Shown here: positions 19,011-28,699 of the stretch, piece after piece | Numbering within the stretch: the stretch's first letter is position 1 | How the letters are laid out: the number at the start of each line of letters is the position of its first letter | Assembly (NCBI GenBank): GCA_964621125.1 | Contig: CAZUKZ010000004.1 | Location: forward strand, 1 to 41,285 | Origin: Candidatus Woesearchaeota archaeon | Lineage (GTDB): Archaea; Nanobdellota; Nanobdellia; SCGC-AAA011-G17; GW2011-AR17 | Direction of reading: 5' to 3' | Length of the DNA stretch: 41,285 nucleotides | Position numbers and translations under genes: made by a program | Notes under the pieces: generated by a model | Told to the model about the DNA's origin: nothing | The model's input: only the letters and a program-made list of their open reading frames with translations | Database searches by the model: none

Positions 19011-20210
19011 TTGAAAATGCTTATTGGGATATGCGGGAAGCCAAGTACAGGAAAATCAACCTTTTTCAAGGCACTAACTTTAGCTAATGTAGATATAGCC
19101 AACTATCCATTTACAACCGTCAAGCCCAACTCAGCTGTTGCTTATGTTAAAGTTGATTGTGTCGATAAAGAATTTGGAAAGCAATGTAATCCGAGAGTAG
19201 GGTACTGTTTAGAGCACAAGAGATTCATTGCAGTAGATGTCATTGATGTCGCCGGTTTAGTCCCGGGAGCTCATGAAGGACTAGGACTAGGTAACCAATT
19301 CCTAAACGACCTTAACCCAGCCCACGCCCTCATCCATGTGATAGATGTCTCGGGTAGCACTAATGAAAAGGGCGAACCTGTCAAACCAGGATCTTATGAT
19401 CCAGCAAATGATGTTAATTTTTTAGATCACGAATTAGATATGTGGTATTTAAGAATCCTTAAGGATGGTTGGGAAAAGTTCGCAAGGACTGTCATGCAGA
19501 CAAGGGTTGAAGCATTCAAGCCCATCGCAAAACAGATGTCCGGAGTTCGTGTAGATGAGGATATAGCTAAATCCTCTATGGATAAATTAGGATTGTTAAA
19601 CAAGGAAATTATGAGATGGACTGATGATGATCTCCTCGCTCTTGCATCTGAATTGAGGAAAAGGACAAAGCCCATGATAATTGCTGCGAATAAGATTGAT
19701 ATTCCTGGAGCTAAGGATAATTTTGACAGGTTAGTCAAAGAATTCCCTGACAAAGTGTTGGTCCCTTGCTCTGCTGAATCTGAACTGGCATTGAAAGAAG
19801 CAAGTAAGCATGGATTGATCAAGTACGTCCCAGGAGAAGATGGTTTTGAAGTCATAGGAAACCTTAATGAACAGCAGGCCAAAGCATTGGAATTCATCAG
19901 AGATAATGTTTTACAAGTACTAAACTCAACAGGAGTCCAATATACAATAAACAAAGCCGTGTTCGATATCCTAAAATACATAGCCATCTTTCCAGGCGGA
20001 GTGAATAAGTTAGAGGACTCTAATGGCAATGTTCTCCCAGACTGTTTCTTGCTTCCACAAGGATCCACTGCATTAGACTTCGCTTACAAATTGCATACGG
20101 ATTTAGGCAAAGGATTCATAAGGGCCATAGATGTAAAGACAAAGAAAACTGTTGGAAAAGATCATGTTCTGAAACATAGGGATGTTGTTGAAATAATCTC
20201 TAGTAATTAA
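19011..20210 (+). CDS. ychF: Archaeal YchF/OBG-family NTPase with C-terminal TGS domain
   Basis: GKPSTGKST, ANYPFTT, DVAGLVPGAHEGLGLGNQFL, NKID, FAYKLHTDL. Confidence 0.93.
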   Translation: MKMLIGICGKPSTGKSTFFKALTLANVDIANYPFTTVKPNSAVAYVKVDCVDKEFGKQCNPRVGYCLEHKRFIAVDVIDVAGLVPGAHEGLGLGNQFLNDLNPAHALIHVIDVSGSTNEKGEPVKPGSYDPANDVNFLDHELDMWYLRILKDGWEKFARTVMQTRVEAFKPIAKQMSGVRVDEDIAKSSMDKLGLLNKEIMRWTDDDLLALASELRKRTKPMIIAANKIDIPGAKDNFDRLVKEFPDKVLVPCSAESELALKEASKHGLIKYVPGEDGFEVIGNLNEQQAKALEFIRDNVLQVLNSTGVQYTINKAVFDILKYIAIFPGGVNKLEDSNGNVLPDCFLLPQGSTALDFAYKLHTDLGKGFIRAIDVKTKKTVGKDHVLKHRDVVEIISSN

Positions 20211-20213
20211 TAA

Positions 20214-20663
20214 TCAACTAAACTTCAACATACCCTTATTCTCAAGAAACTCTTTTGCCCTCTTCAAAACATCCTTATCATTTTTGAATTTTAAACGACC
20301 CATAGCCTCCCCATAGGATAACCAGTCATAACCATCATGTTCCTCTGAGATCTTAACTTTCTCAACGCTGGTTTCAGCCAAAAAATACGTAGCCTCCTTG
20401 TACACAATTTGTTTCTCTTCATTCCTATAGAACCAATGAACTTTTTCCTTAAAACCTTTGATTATGAACAAGTCATCTATGCTAGTCTCTTCTTTTATTT
20501 CTCTCCGTATAGTATCCTCTTCAGATTCATCCTTTTCTATCAACCCTCTAGTGAAGTACCAACCCTCCTTGTAAATCCCATGAGCCTCCCGATAAAGAAG
20601 TAAGAATTTTACACCATTATCATTTCGAATTATAATTGCCCCTACAGACTTTTCTCTTGGCAT
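20214..20663 (-). CDS. Nudix hydrolase (Ap4A hydrolase-like)
   Basis: GLIEKDESEEDTIRREIKEET Nudix box, SEEH...W. Confidence 0.88.
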   Translation of the reverse strand: MPREKSVGAIIIRNDNGVKFLLLYREAHGIYKEGWYFTRGLIEKDESEEDTIRREIKEETSIDDLFIIKGFKEKVHWFYRNEEKQIVYKEATYFLAETSVEKVKISEEHDGYDWLSYGEAMGRLKFKNDKDVLKRAKEFLENKGMLKFS

Positions 20664-20664
20664 T

Positions 20665-21648
20665 TCAGATTACCGCCTTCTGGATTTCTCCCTTGTTTTC
20701 TCTAAACTCTGGCTTAATGTACTTCAACCCCAAAATCTTATACACGCCTTTCTCACTCTCACCAGCCATCTTTTTTCCAGTTTTTTTGTCAAACACACCA
20801 TACTCACTCAGTTTCAGTCCTTTTCGAATAGCAACCTCTCTTAATTTGATATTATGGTTCTTGCTTCCTGTAAAATACTGCAAAGCTGCCCCATAGCTTT
20901 CTTTCTTTACCACTCTCAAATCCACTTGCATTTTGTTATTCAACAAGATACTTGATTTTGTTTTACCTTTAGATATGACCTTCAATACTTCTTTCATTTT
21001 TGTAAACTGATCTATAATCTCATCAGGGTTTGATGATACAGCAAGTATATCTATATCCCCTATCATCTCTTTCTTCCTTCTAAGGGAACCAGCAACATCA
21101 ATCATCTCAACCCCTTTTAATTTTTTCAATATTCTAATAATCCTTCCAGCAATAGGTGAAGCTTCTATCAATGGAATTTTATATTTTTTTTTCTTGTACA
21201 TCCTTAATGAATCTAGAATATTCTGCTCACTCTTCTCATCAAATGATTTCAATAATTTTATCCTATGCTTCTTTGCCGCATCCTCAAGATCCTTTAAAGA
21301 CTTAATGTGCAATTTCTTGAATAAAATCTGAGCCTTCCTCGGCCCCATCCCAGGAAGTTCCAGTAAATCAGTAAAACCCTTTGGTAATCCTTTCTTAAGC
21401 TCTTCATACTCTTTTATCTTTTCAGTCTTTAGAAACTGTTCTATTTTTTTTGCTATACTCTCCCCGATAGTCTGCATCTCCTCTAACGCCTTCAATCCAC
21501 CCCTATCATAGACCCTCTCTATAGGTTCTGATAAATTATTTATCGTTCTTGCCGCCCTCCTGTAAGCTTGAGGCTTCCACTGAACCCCCCGCATCTGAAG
21601 TATGTCAGCTATCTTAAACAGTATTTTGGCAATTTCTTGGTTTTTCAT
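20665..21648 (-). CDS. polX: Family X DNA polymerase lacking the PHP domain
   Basis: NQEIA...AYRRAA, HhH motifs, GSLRR, GDIDIL, VDLR, YFTGSKNHN; ends right after PEFREN. Confidence 0.92.
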   Translation of the reverse strand: MKNQEIAKILFKIADILQMRGVQWKPQAYRRAARTINNLSEPIERVYDRGGLKALEEMQTIGESIAKKIEQFLKTEKIKEYEELKKGLPKGFTDLLELPGMGPRKAQILFKKLHIKSLKDLEDAAKKHRIKLLKSFDEKSEQNILDSLRMYKKKKYKIPLIEASPIAGRIIRILKKLKGVEMIDVAGSLRRKKEMIGDIDILAVSSNPDEIIDQFTKMKEVLKVISKGKTKSSILLNNKMQVDLRVVKKESYGAALQYFTGSKNHNIKLREVAIRKGLKLSEYGVFDKKTGKKMAGESEKGVYKILGLKYIKPEFRENKGEIQKAVI

Positions 21649-21731
21649 TAGACATCATACATGTTTTTTGGGCTTTTAAGGGTTTTGAATCGGTAAATAT
21701 TTAAATAAACTCGATCCCCTGAAAATGTAAA

Positions 21732-22724
21732 ATGAAAATTCATGATATTGTTTGCCTAGGCATAGAATGTACAGCCCATACCTTTGGAATCGGCATAATG
21801 AAAGGGGAGAATATTGTAGCTAACCAAACTGCAACATTTACTACCCAGGAAGGTGGGATGATCCCTATTGAAGTAGCTAAGCACCACGAATCAGTAAAAG
21901 ATGATTTATTAATACAAGCTTTAGAAGAAGCCAATCTTAGGCTAAAAGACATTAACCTAATCTCATTTTCTAAAGGGCCAGGCCTACCACCATCTCTCGT
22001 AGTTGGCAAAAATTTTGCTGTACAATTAGCTCAGAACCTCCATACTCCTTTAATAGGAGTCAACCACATCTGTGCACATTTAGAAATAGGCAGACTAATA
22101 ACAAAAACCAAGGACCCAATCTTTGTTTTTGTCTCAGGAGCGAATACTCAAATAATAGCACATGAAGGGGGAAGGTATAGAATTTTCGGTGAGACTTTAT
22201 CTATAGGCTTGGGTAACGCTTTAGACAAGTTTGGCAGAATAGTAGGATTAGGTTTTCCAGCAGGCCCAAAAATCGAAGATTTGGCTAAGAAGGGAGAGTT
22301 TATTGAATTGCCTTATGTTGTTAAAGGTATGGATGTTGACTTCGCAGGGATAATAACTAAGGCTGAACAATTATTCAAGAAAGGTGTAAAGAAAGAAGAC
22401 CTATGTTATTCGCTGCAAGAGACTTGTTTTGCAATGCTTACTGAAGTTACAGAGCGAGCATTAGCACATTGCCAGAAGGAAGAAGTTATATTAATTGGAG
22501 GAGTCGCTGCAAACAAGCGTTTCTGCGAAATGTTAGATTCTATGTGTAATGAAAGAGATGCAAATTTTCATGCTGTGCCCTTAAAGTATTGTGGAGATAA
22601 TCCAGTTATGATTGCTTGGGAAGGAATTTTAGAATATATTAAAACTAAACGTACAGATAATCCTGAAGAAGTTGACATAATGCCTGGTTGGAGAATTGAT
22701 GAAATAGAAGCAAGTTGGTATTAA
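21732..22724 (+). CDS. kae1: KEOPS tRNA threonylcarbamoyltransferase Kae1
   Basis: LGIECTAHT, GPG, HICAH, VSGANTQ, GNALDKFGR, GGVAAN, DNPVMIAW. Confidence 0.95.
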   Translation: MKIHDIVCLGIECTAHTFGIGIMKGENIVANQTATFTTQEGGMIPIEVAKHHESVKDDLLIQALEEANLRLKDINLISFSKGPGLPPSLVVGKNFAVQLAQNLHTPLIGVNHICAHLEIGRLITKTKDPIFVFVSGANTQIIAHEGGRYRIFGETLSIGLGNALDKFGRIVGLGFPAGPKIEDLAKKGEFIELPYVVKGMDVDFAGIITKAEQLFKKGVKKEDLCYSLQETCFAMLTEVTERALAHCQKEEVILIGGVAANKRFCEMLDSMCNERDANFHAVPLKYCGDNPVMIAWEGILEYIKTKRTDNPEEVDIMPGWRIDEIEASWY

Positions 22725-22725
22725 T

Positions 22726-23364
22726 ATGAGAAGGATTCTAAAGAGGGGATTAGGATTAGCTGCTTTAACATGCACCATGTTCTCTCACCATAGTTGTACA
22801 ATAACGCAGGATCCTTATGAATTGTTATATGAACAAGAGAATGTTACTTTATCTTCAAGCAACGGTACGGCCGTTATTGTGGTAGACATGCAGGATTCTT
22901 TTTTAGACCACTTGAAAAGGGATGAAAAGAAAAAGGAGATGCCTAATTATATAGAAGTACTGAAGCATTGCAAAAAACACAACGTTCCAGTTTTTGTCTT
23001 GGAATACAAGGGTCATGGGCAGACCACTCAAGAATTACAATATAGGATACTAGACTTGGAACAGAAAGTCGTCATTACCAAAACCCATATGAATGGCTTT
23101 ATAGATACTTCTTTGCATGAATACCTTAAGAAAGCAAAGATAAATACAGTTTACTTAGTAGGAGTGGCCGCCTCAGCTTGTGTAAAGAGTACAGCATATG
23201 GGGCTTTAGAAAGAGGTATTAATATAATAGCCTCAAAAGAGACAATGGCTGACGGGCAACATATTGAACCCCATTGGAATGAAAGTATAGAATGGTACAA
23301 GGCAAATGGAACCTACAGAGATAGCTATAAGGAAATACTCAAGTTTCTATCTGAGAATTATTAA
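22726..23364 (+). CDS. Isochorismatase-family cysteine hydrolase with N-terminal signal-like peptide
   Basis: VIVVDMQ (Asp), ITK (Lys), GVAASACVKSTA (Cys) triad. Confidence 0.85.
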   Translation: MRRILKRGLGLAALTCTMFSHHSCTITQDPYELLYEQENVTLSSSNGTAVIVVDMQDSFLDHLKRDEKKKEMPNYIEVLKHCKKHNVPVFVLEYKGHGQTTQELQYRILDLEQKVVITKTHMNGFIDTSLHEYLKKAKINTVYLVGVAASACVKSTAYGALERGINIIASKETMADGQHIEPHWNESIEWYKANGTYRDSYKEILKFLSENY

Positions 23365-23935
23365 ATATTTCTTTCTTCCTATTTCTTAAATACTTATCAA
23401 ACATCTTCTTTGTTGTCTTTGAAGTTAACACTAAATTTTCTTCTTTAGGTCTTGATTGGATATAATCTATCATCTTCTCAGGAGTTTTCTTCAAGATTTT
23501 CATCAATGCCAAAAAACCCTTAGATGTTACCATCCATATAAAGTCCAAATCTTTAAGAGCTCCCAACACTTTATCTTTTTTGTATTCCATATCCCCAAAC
23601 GCCCAATTATCATGAACAGATACATAATAAGCAATCTTCTTGATCTTATTTTGAGGATAATTCAGTTTTTCCAATATTTTTTTCGTAATTTTCGCCCCCT
23701 CAACCATATGTACTTCCCTCACATCTAAGTTAAAAGGATTAGATTTTGGAATATTGGCATAACCTACATCATGTAATATCACTAAAGGAATTAACAAAGA
23801 GTCATCTAATCCTTCTTTTTTACAAACAGTTAAAGCTTCTGTTATCATCCATTCTACATGTTCAAGATCCATAGACCTCCCTTTCTTATAATAAGGCTTT
23901 GCTAATTCTCGAATTTTAGAATACACTTTTTTCAT
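23339..23935 (-). CDS. HD-domain phosphohydrolase
   Basis: H...ILHDVG...H..EGA...HD...DLD pattern. Confidence 0.85.
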   Translation of the reverse strand: MKKVYSKIRELAKPYYKKGRSMDLEHVEWMITEALTVCKKEGLDDSLLIPLVILHDVGYANIPKSNPFNLDVREVHMVEGAKITKKILEKLNYPQNKIKKIAYYVSVHDNWAFGDMEYKKDKVLGALKDLDFIWMVTSKGFLALMKILKKTPEKMIDYIQSRPKEENLVLTSKTTKKMFDKYLRNRKKEIFNNSQIET

Positions 23936-23952
23936 TTTTTAAAAGAAAAAAA

Positions 23953-24747
23953 TTAAAATAACCAACTGAAAAAACGTTTGAAAAAACCTTCTTCCTTGAC
24001 TACCTTCTTCTTAACAGGAGCTACAACCTTTTTTTCCTCTCTTTTCTCAGGAAGCTTTTGCACCGGTTTTTCTTTCACTTTTTCAACCTTCTTAGGTTCA
24101 ATTTTCTTAGGTTCAACTTTGACTACAGGTAACACCAATGAAACTGTTCTGTTCTCAGGTTTTTTCTCCTTTGAAAATCCAGATACTCTAATTTTTACAC
24201 CACCAACTAATGTCTCTGAACCTTGCTTTATATCTTTACTCGTACCACCTACAGATATAGTTATATAGTCAGTCTGGCTTATCCACTCCACTTTAACCAC
24301 ATTCTCACCCACTTTTTTAGATTCGCCAATTTTCAAGTCAACCATTTGCGTAACTGGTTTTACTTCCTTTTTCTCTTCTTTCTTAATATCTTTAACAGGT
24401 AATGAAACTACTAAATCGACTTTTCTTTCTAGAGGATTAATTTCTGTCGAGACCTTTACAATACGTATATTAAACTTACCAACCTTGGCTGAAACACCAG
24501 TCCCCAAACTTTTCCTCTGATTATCCACTTCTATCTCAGCGATATTGGTTTGAGTTGCTGCTATTAACTTAATTACACTACCTTCAACAGTGACCTTTTC
24601 ACCCACCTTAAGATTAACGCTTTCCCCCGATTTAACACTGGTAATTTTACCAGTTACATTATCTAATAAACCTAAAGAAAGTACTATCCCACATAATGAT
24701 AATATGACAATTGATGTAATCAAAATTGTTAAGTTCCTCTTTTTCAA
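23953..24747 (-). CDS. Membrane-anchored surface protein with two internal beta-rich repeats and an amphipathic C-terminal tail
   Basis: TTG start at 24747 after GGAGGTG; N-terminal TM; repeats VNLKVGE.../VDLKIGE...; K/E/P linker; GFFKRFFSWLF end. Confidence 0.75.
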   Translation of the reverse strand: MKKRNLTILITSIVILSLCGIVLSLGLLDNVTGKITSVKSGESVNLKVGEKVTVEGSVIKLIAATQTNIAEIEVDNQRKSLGTGVSAKVGKFNIRIVKVSTEINPLERKVDLVVSLPVKDIKKEEKKEVKPVTQMVDLKIGESKKVGENVVKVEWISQTDYITISVGGTSKDIKQGSETLVGGVKIRVSGFSKEKKPENRTVSLVLPVVKVEPKKIEPKKVEKVKEKPVQKLPEKREEKKVVAPVKKKVVKEEGFFKRFFSWLF

Positions 24748-24848
24748 ATTAACACCTCCAGTTAATACTATTTCTAACAATAATAGACTATAAAAAGATT
24801 TCTAAAGTAAAATAGAAAGAATAAAAAAGAAAAAAGAAAAAAACAGCC

Positions 24849-26180
24849 CTAGTAATAAGTCTGCCCATCCTTAGGTTCTAATGGATAGTCATCGTCTTCT
24901 CTTAGTTTCCTAAAAGCTACGATCAATCCGATTATTACCACAAGTACTACAAGTCCTACGAAACCAAGCTTCAATGTTGAGCTTGAAAGTAGTGTGCTTG
25001 AAGCGGATTTAGCTTTAGCTGTAACCTTAGCGCCAACAACTTGCTGAGCAATCAGCTTGTTATCTTCCTTAACTTGAAGAACTAACTGCTTATTACCAGC
25101 CTGTGCATTGTCTAGAGCTTTAACATAAACCTTCACTTCACCAGTTTGACTTGCGCCAACTGAAACGAAGCTCGGAGATGTTCTTACATTAGCCCATAGC
25201 TGTGCACCAGATACACTTACTGAGTAAAGCCTTGACTTATCACCTAGATTTGCGAAAGTAACAGTGTATACTGCCTCACTACCTTGCTCAACTGTAGCAT
25301 ATGTTTTGTCTAGCAAAACAACAGGTTGAACCTTAGGTTTTTCTGCAGGTTTATCTTCCTTAACAGGTGTAGTTGCAGTTACTGAAAGCAATTTCTTTGA
25401 TGTTACAGTGCTGTGACCTCTATTGTACGTTACTGTTACAAGCATTTCGTACATACCAGTTTTCACATCAGCAGGAAGTGTTAACTTTACAAACTCGCTG
25501 CTCTCTGAGGTCTCATCATCATCATCGAATGTTATTGAACTACCCCCAAGTAGAACAGACCAATCTTCTGTTGTGACAAGCTCATCGATATATACAGCCG
25601 GAGCTACAAGATTCAATGAAGGTATGCTAACAACAATCTTGATATCTTCTTGCTTCTTATCGCCAGTGTTCTCAAGCCTTACTTTAGCCCAAACATCATC
25701 ACCTGCGTTCAAACTTGTACTTGGGCTGATGATAACATCCTGAACAGATAACTGATGCCTTGCTTTATCGACCTTGATATTCAAAGGAGCGTCAAAATCG
25801 ACATTACCATTTACAACCTCAACGTGAAGTGTATACTTCTTGTCTGCTTCCATATCTTTTGGAAGTGAGATTTTCATAGTCTTAACCTTGGTTACATTTG
25901 TTTCAAGGTCAAACATATCTGTCTTGTCTTCTAAAATATCATACTCATAGCCACCAATCCAAGCCCTAAGCCTTACGTCTTTTGTGTCAGTATCTGCACT
26001 TACAGATACTCTAAGATCTAATTTGTCGCCTCTCTCTGCAGAGAGAACTGTGGTCTTGTCTATTGAATCGCCGTTAACTTTGACATTCATTGTGAATGTA
26101 GTTGTAGCAGTTACTGCTGGTAGGATTAGTCCTACAGCTAGTACCAAAAACAGACATAAACCCATTAATTGTTTTTTCAT
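24849..26180 (-). CDS. Secreted multi-Ig (CARDB-like) surface protein with C-terminal TM and acidic ...QTYY tail
   Basis: GGAGGG SD, signal peptide, V.LENTG motifs similar to the 10250 protein, TM; long T-rich tract downstream. Confidence 0.8.
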   Translation of the reverse strand: MKKQLMGLCLFLVLAVGLILPAVTATTTFTMNVKVNGDSIDKTTVLSAERGDKLDLRVSVSADTDTKDVRLRAWIGGYEYDILEDKTDMFDLETNVTKVKTMKISLPKDMEADKKYTLHVEVVNGNVDFDAPLNIKVDKARHQLSVQDVIISPSTSLNAGDDVWAKVRLENTGDKKQEDIKIVVSIPSLNLVAPAVYIDELVTTEDWSVLLGGSSITFDDDDETSESSEFVKLTLPADVKTGMYEMLVTVTYNRGHSTVTSKKLLSVTATTPVKEDKPAEKPKVQPVVLLDKTYATVEQGSEAVYTVTFANLGDKSRLYSVSVSGAQLWANVRTSPSFVSVGASQTGEVKVYVKALDNAQAGNKQLVLQVKEDNKLIAQQVVGAKVTAKAKSASSTLLSSSTLKLGFVGLVVLVVIIGLIVAFRKLREDDDYPLEPKDGQTYY

Positions 26181-26338
26181 TTTCGGATACCCTCCAATTT
26201 AGTCTTTTTTTAAGCATAATTTAATGCTGTTGTCACACCGAAGTTAAGAATCATTTATAAAGTTTATGGTATAATGCCAAATCTGTACTTAAAAAGCTTT
26301 AAACACCTGAAATCAAGCACCAATTATCTTAAGTTTGT

Positions 26339-28216
26339 TCATCCCTTTTTAAAGAAATCGGTAATCAAGCCTACAGGTTCATGAGTTATCTGAAGATCCA
26401 TATCTTTGGGGAAACAGTTGAGATAATTTCTCCAAGCATACCTTTCATCAAGAAATACAATCACCCCTCGATCTGTATCACTTCTTATACATCTCCCAGC
26501 ATTCTGCATCGTCCTTATCAAAGCTGGGAAAACATAACCGTAATCCCACCCACGCCCGAACTTGTTATCATAATAGGCAATAAGTTCCTGAGTCTGCAAG
26601 TCTGGCTTCCCTAATGGTAATCCGACAACCACCACAGCCTTCAATAGATCTCCCAGTAGATCAATCCCTTCACCAAACGAACCAGATGACGTACCTAAAA
26701 GTACAGCACCATGTTCCTTATACGACTTAAACCTTTCCAACAAGTCCGCCCTTTCCCCCTTCCCAGCCTTAGGCTGCTCAAGGAATGTTGTCTTAAGGCA
26801 AAGATTTTGAAAATAATCATAAACATCATCTCTAATTTTATAACTAGGAAAGAATATTGCTGAATTGCCAGGTACAACATTAACAATCTCTGCACACTTC
26901 TGAGCAATCCGTTCATACATTTTACTGGACCTTGAAGTATACTTAGTCGTAGTCTCAGGCACAACAATACTAAGCCTATTCTTAGATGGGAAGGGATTAT
27001 TATACTCCACAGTTATGGTATCCTTCTTATCCATCCCATACAGATCCTTATACATCTCTGTAGGCATAAGTGTACCACTCATAGCGACTGTTGCATGGCA
27101 CTGACTGATTAAGGACTTTATAACAAACGAAGGATCCATACAATTGTAGGATAAGTTTGTGTAAGGCTTTCCATTCCTTGCAAAACCCTTGGACAGGATT
27201 CTTGTGAATCCATCATCAGGCCCAATCCATGTCTCAATAAATCTCCCAACCATCCCAGCAAAGCTCCTTTTCTTCTTCTCAAGCACAATCTCCTCTACAA
27301 ATGCCAAATTGGCACAAAGTTCTTCAGGATCAGAAAGTTTCTTCACTTCATCAAGGAACTCTTTCTTCTTGATCAATGTTTCCTGTTTATCAAAAGTCAA
27401 TTTAGAATTAGACAACTCAGTTAATATGTTCCCTATATGTGTAATGTCATCAGCAAGCTCTTCCATCTCTTCTTGCCTCGCTTCCTTCATTGCAAGGTTT
27501 ATTGTTATGGATGAAAGTTCTTTTGTCAAAAGATCCCTTGCCCTACCCGGAAGGTTGTGGGCTTCATCAAATATGACAATACTCTGCTCCAAGTACTTAT
27601 TCATCTTTTTGAATAAATTATCCCTTATGCTCGGATTGAGTACATGAAAATAATCTGCGACAATAACATTTGCGCTTTTTGCAAATTGACATGCCATTTC
27701 ATATGGGCAAAGCTGGCTTTTCTTGCACATTGCATTCATCATCTCAACATCCTCTGGCCCTAGCCTACTCAACTCATCCAACACCATCTTCGCAGTTATT
27801 GATATTTTACCTTTAGATTTCAAATTACTGAAGAAATAACACTTCCCCTTTTCCCTTATGTCCTTACAGTATTCAGTAAACTCAGATGAAGTCAATGCCG
27901 ATACACCAGGTTGTGCACACATCCACTTCTTCCCAATAAGATCCACAACATTAAGGTTGATATTATGCCTCAGCTGTATTTTCTTCAGGGTCTCTATTGC
28001 AATAAGATGTTGAGTATGCCTTGATGTCAGGAAAAACACAGTTAATTTCTCTTTTATGGCCCTCGCCAAAGCAGGCCCAAGCATAGAGGTCTTCCCAATC
28101 CCTGTTGGCGCATGTACTATTAGATTACATTTGTTCTTTATAGCTTCATCCACTTGCCTTATGAACGCACCCTGGATCTTTCTAGGTTTTTCATGAGGAA
28201 AAAGAAATTTGTCCAT
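26339..28216 (-). CDS. xpd: XPD/Rad3/DinG-family Fe-S ATP-dependent DNA helicase
   Basis: Q motif, APTGIGKT, Cys ligands (GKKWMC...YC...C...CPYE), DEAHNL, SGTL, FFPSY, QNAGRCIRS. Confidence 0.92.
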   Translation of the reverse strand: MDKFLFPHEKPRKIQGAFIRQVDEAIKNKCNLIVHAPTGIGKTSMLGPALARAIKEKLTVFFLTSRHTQHLIAIETLKKIQLRHNINLNVVDLIGKKWMCAQPGVSALTSSEFTEYCKDIREKGKCYFFSNLKSKGKISITAKMVLDELSRLGPEDVEMMNAMCKKSQLCPYEMACQFAKSANVIVADYFHVLNPSIRDNLFKKMNKYLEQSIVIFDEAHNLPGRARDLLTKELSSITINLAMKEARQEEMEELADDITHIGNILTELSNSKLTFDKQETLIKKKEFLDEVKKLSDPEELCANLAFVEEIVLEKKKRSFAGMVGRFIETWIGPDDGFTRILSKGFARNGKPYTNLSYNCMDPSFVIKSLISQCHATVAMSGTLMPTEMYKDLYGMDKKDTITVEYNNPFPSKNRLSIVVPETTTKYTSRSSKMYERIAQKCAEIVNVVPGNSAIFFPSYKIRDDVYDYFQNLCLKTTFLEQPKAGKGERADLLERFKSYKEHGAVLLGTSSGSFGEGIDLLGDLLKAVVVVGLPLGKPDLQTQELIAYYDNKFGRGWDYGYVFPALIRTMQNAGRCIRSDTDRGVIVFLDERYAWRNYLNCFPKDMDLQITHEPVGLITDFFKKG

Positions 28217-28291
28217 AATTTAAAGATTGAATGGAGAATTTTATTTAAAGATTTATATGATCAAGCTTTCAATTCTTAATCTCAAGAAGAA

Positions 28292-28699
28292 TTACTTTTC
28301 TTTAATGATCTCTTCACCTTTCTCAAAATCTTTTGCTTGGAAAGTACTTGCTATATCAATGACATATTTCCCTTCTTCTAATTTATAAACCAGAGGATTA
28401 CCTTTAAATAAATCCACTAAGTCCAATTCATACTTCCCTGGCTTCAATACCCTAATAGATTCTAAATGTAATACTACTGGCTTGTTATCACCTTTAGGCG
28501 CACCAACTATGTCTAAGACATCTTGCTCCATCTGGTCCTTTTCTTTATTTGTCAGGTTTTCTGTAATCTCTTTGGCTTTGTCCAACTGCCCCTTCCTTAC
28601 AAAAAAGAAGAATCTGCCATGACACTTATTACAGCCCTTAAGAAGTTCTGCTGAACCATCTGGGTAAACCGTTCCGCACTTAACACATTGATGAGGCAT
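28292..28699 (-). CDS. oapC: Zn-ribbon protein OapC (DUF2072 type)
   Basis: MPHQCVKCG...LLKGCNKC...FFF, ESIRVLKPGKYELDL; synteny with oapAB. Confidence 0.88.
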   Translation of the reverse strand: MPHQCVKCGTVYPDGSAELLKGCNKCHGRFFFFVRKGQLDKAKEITENLTNKEKDQMEQDVLDIVGAPKGDNKPVVLHLESIRVLKPGKYELDLVDLFKGNPLVYKLEEGKYVIDIASTFQAKDFEKGEEIIKEK

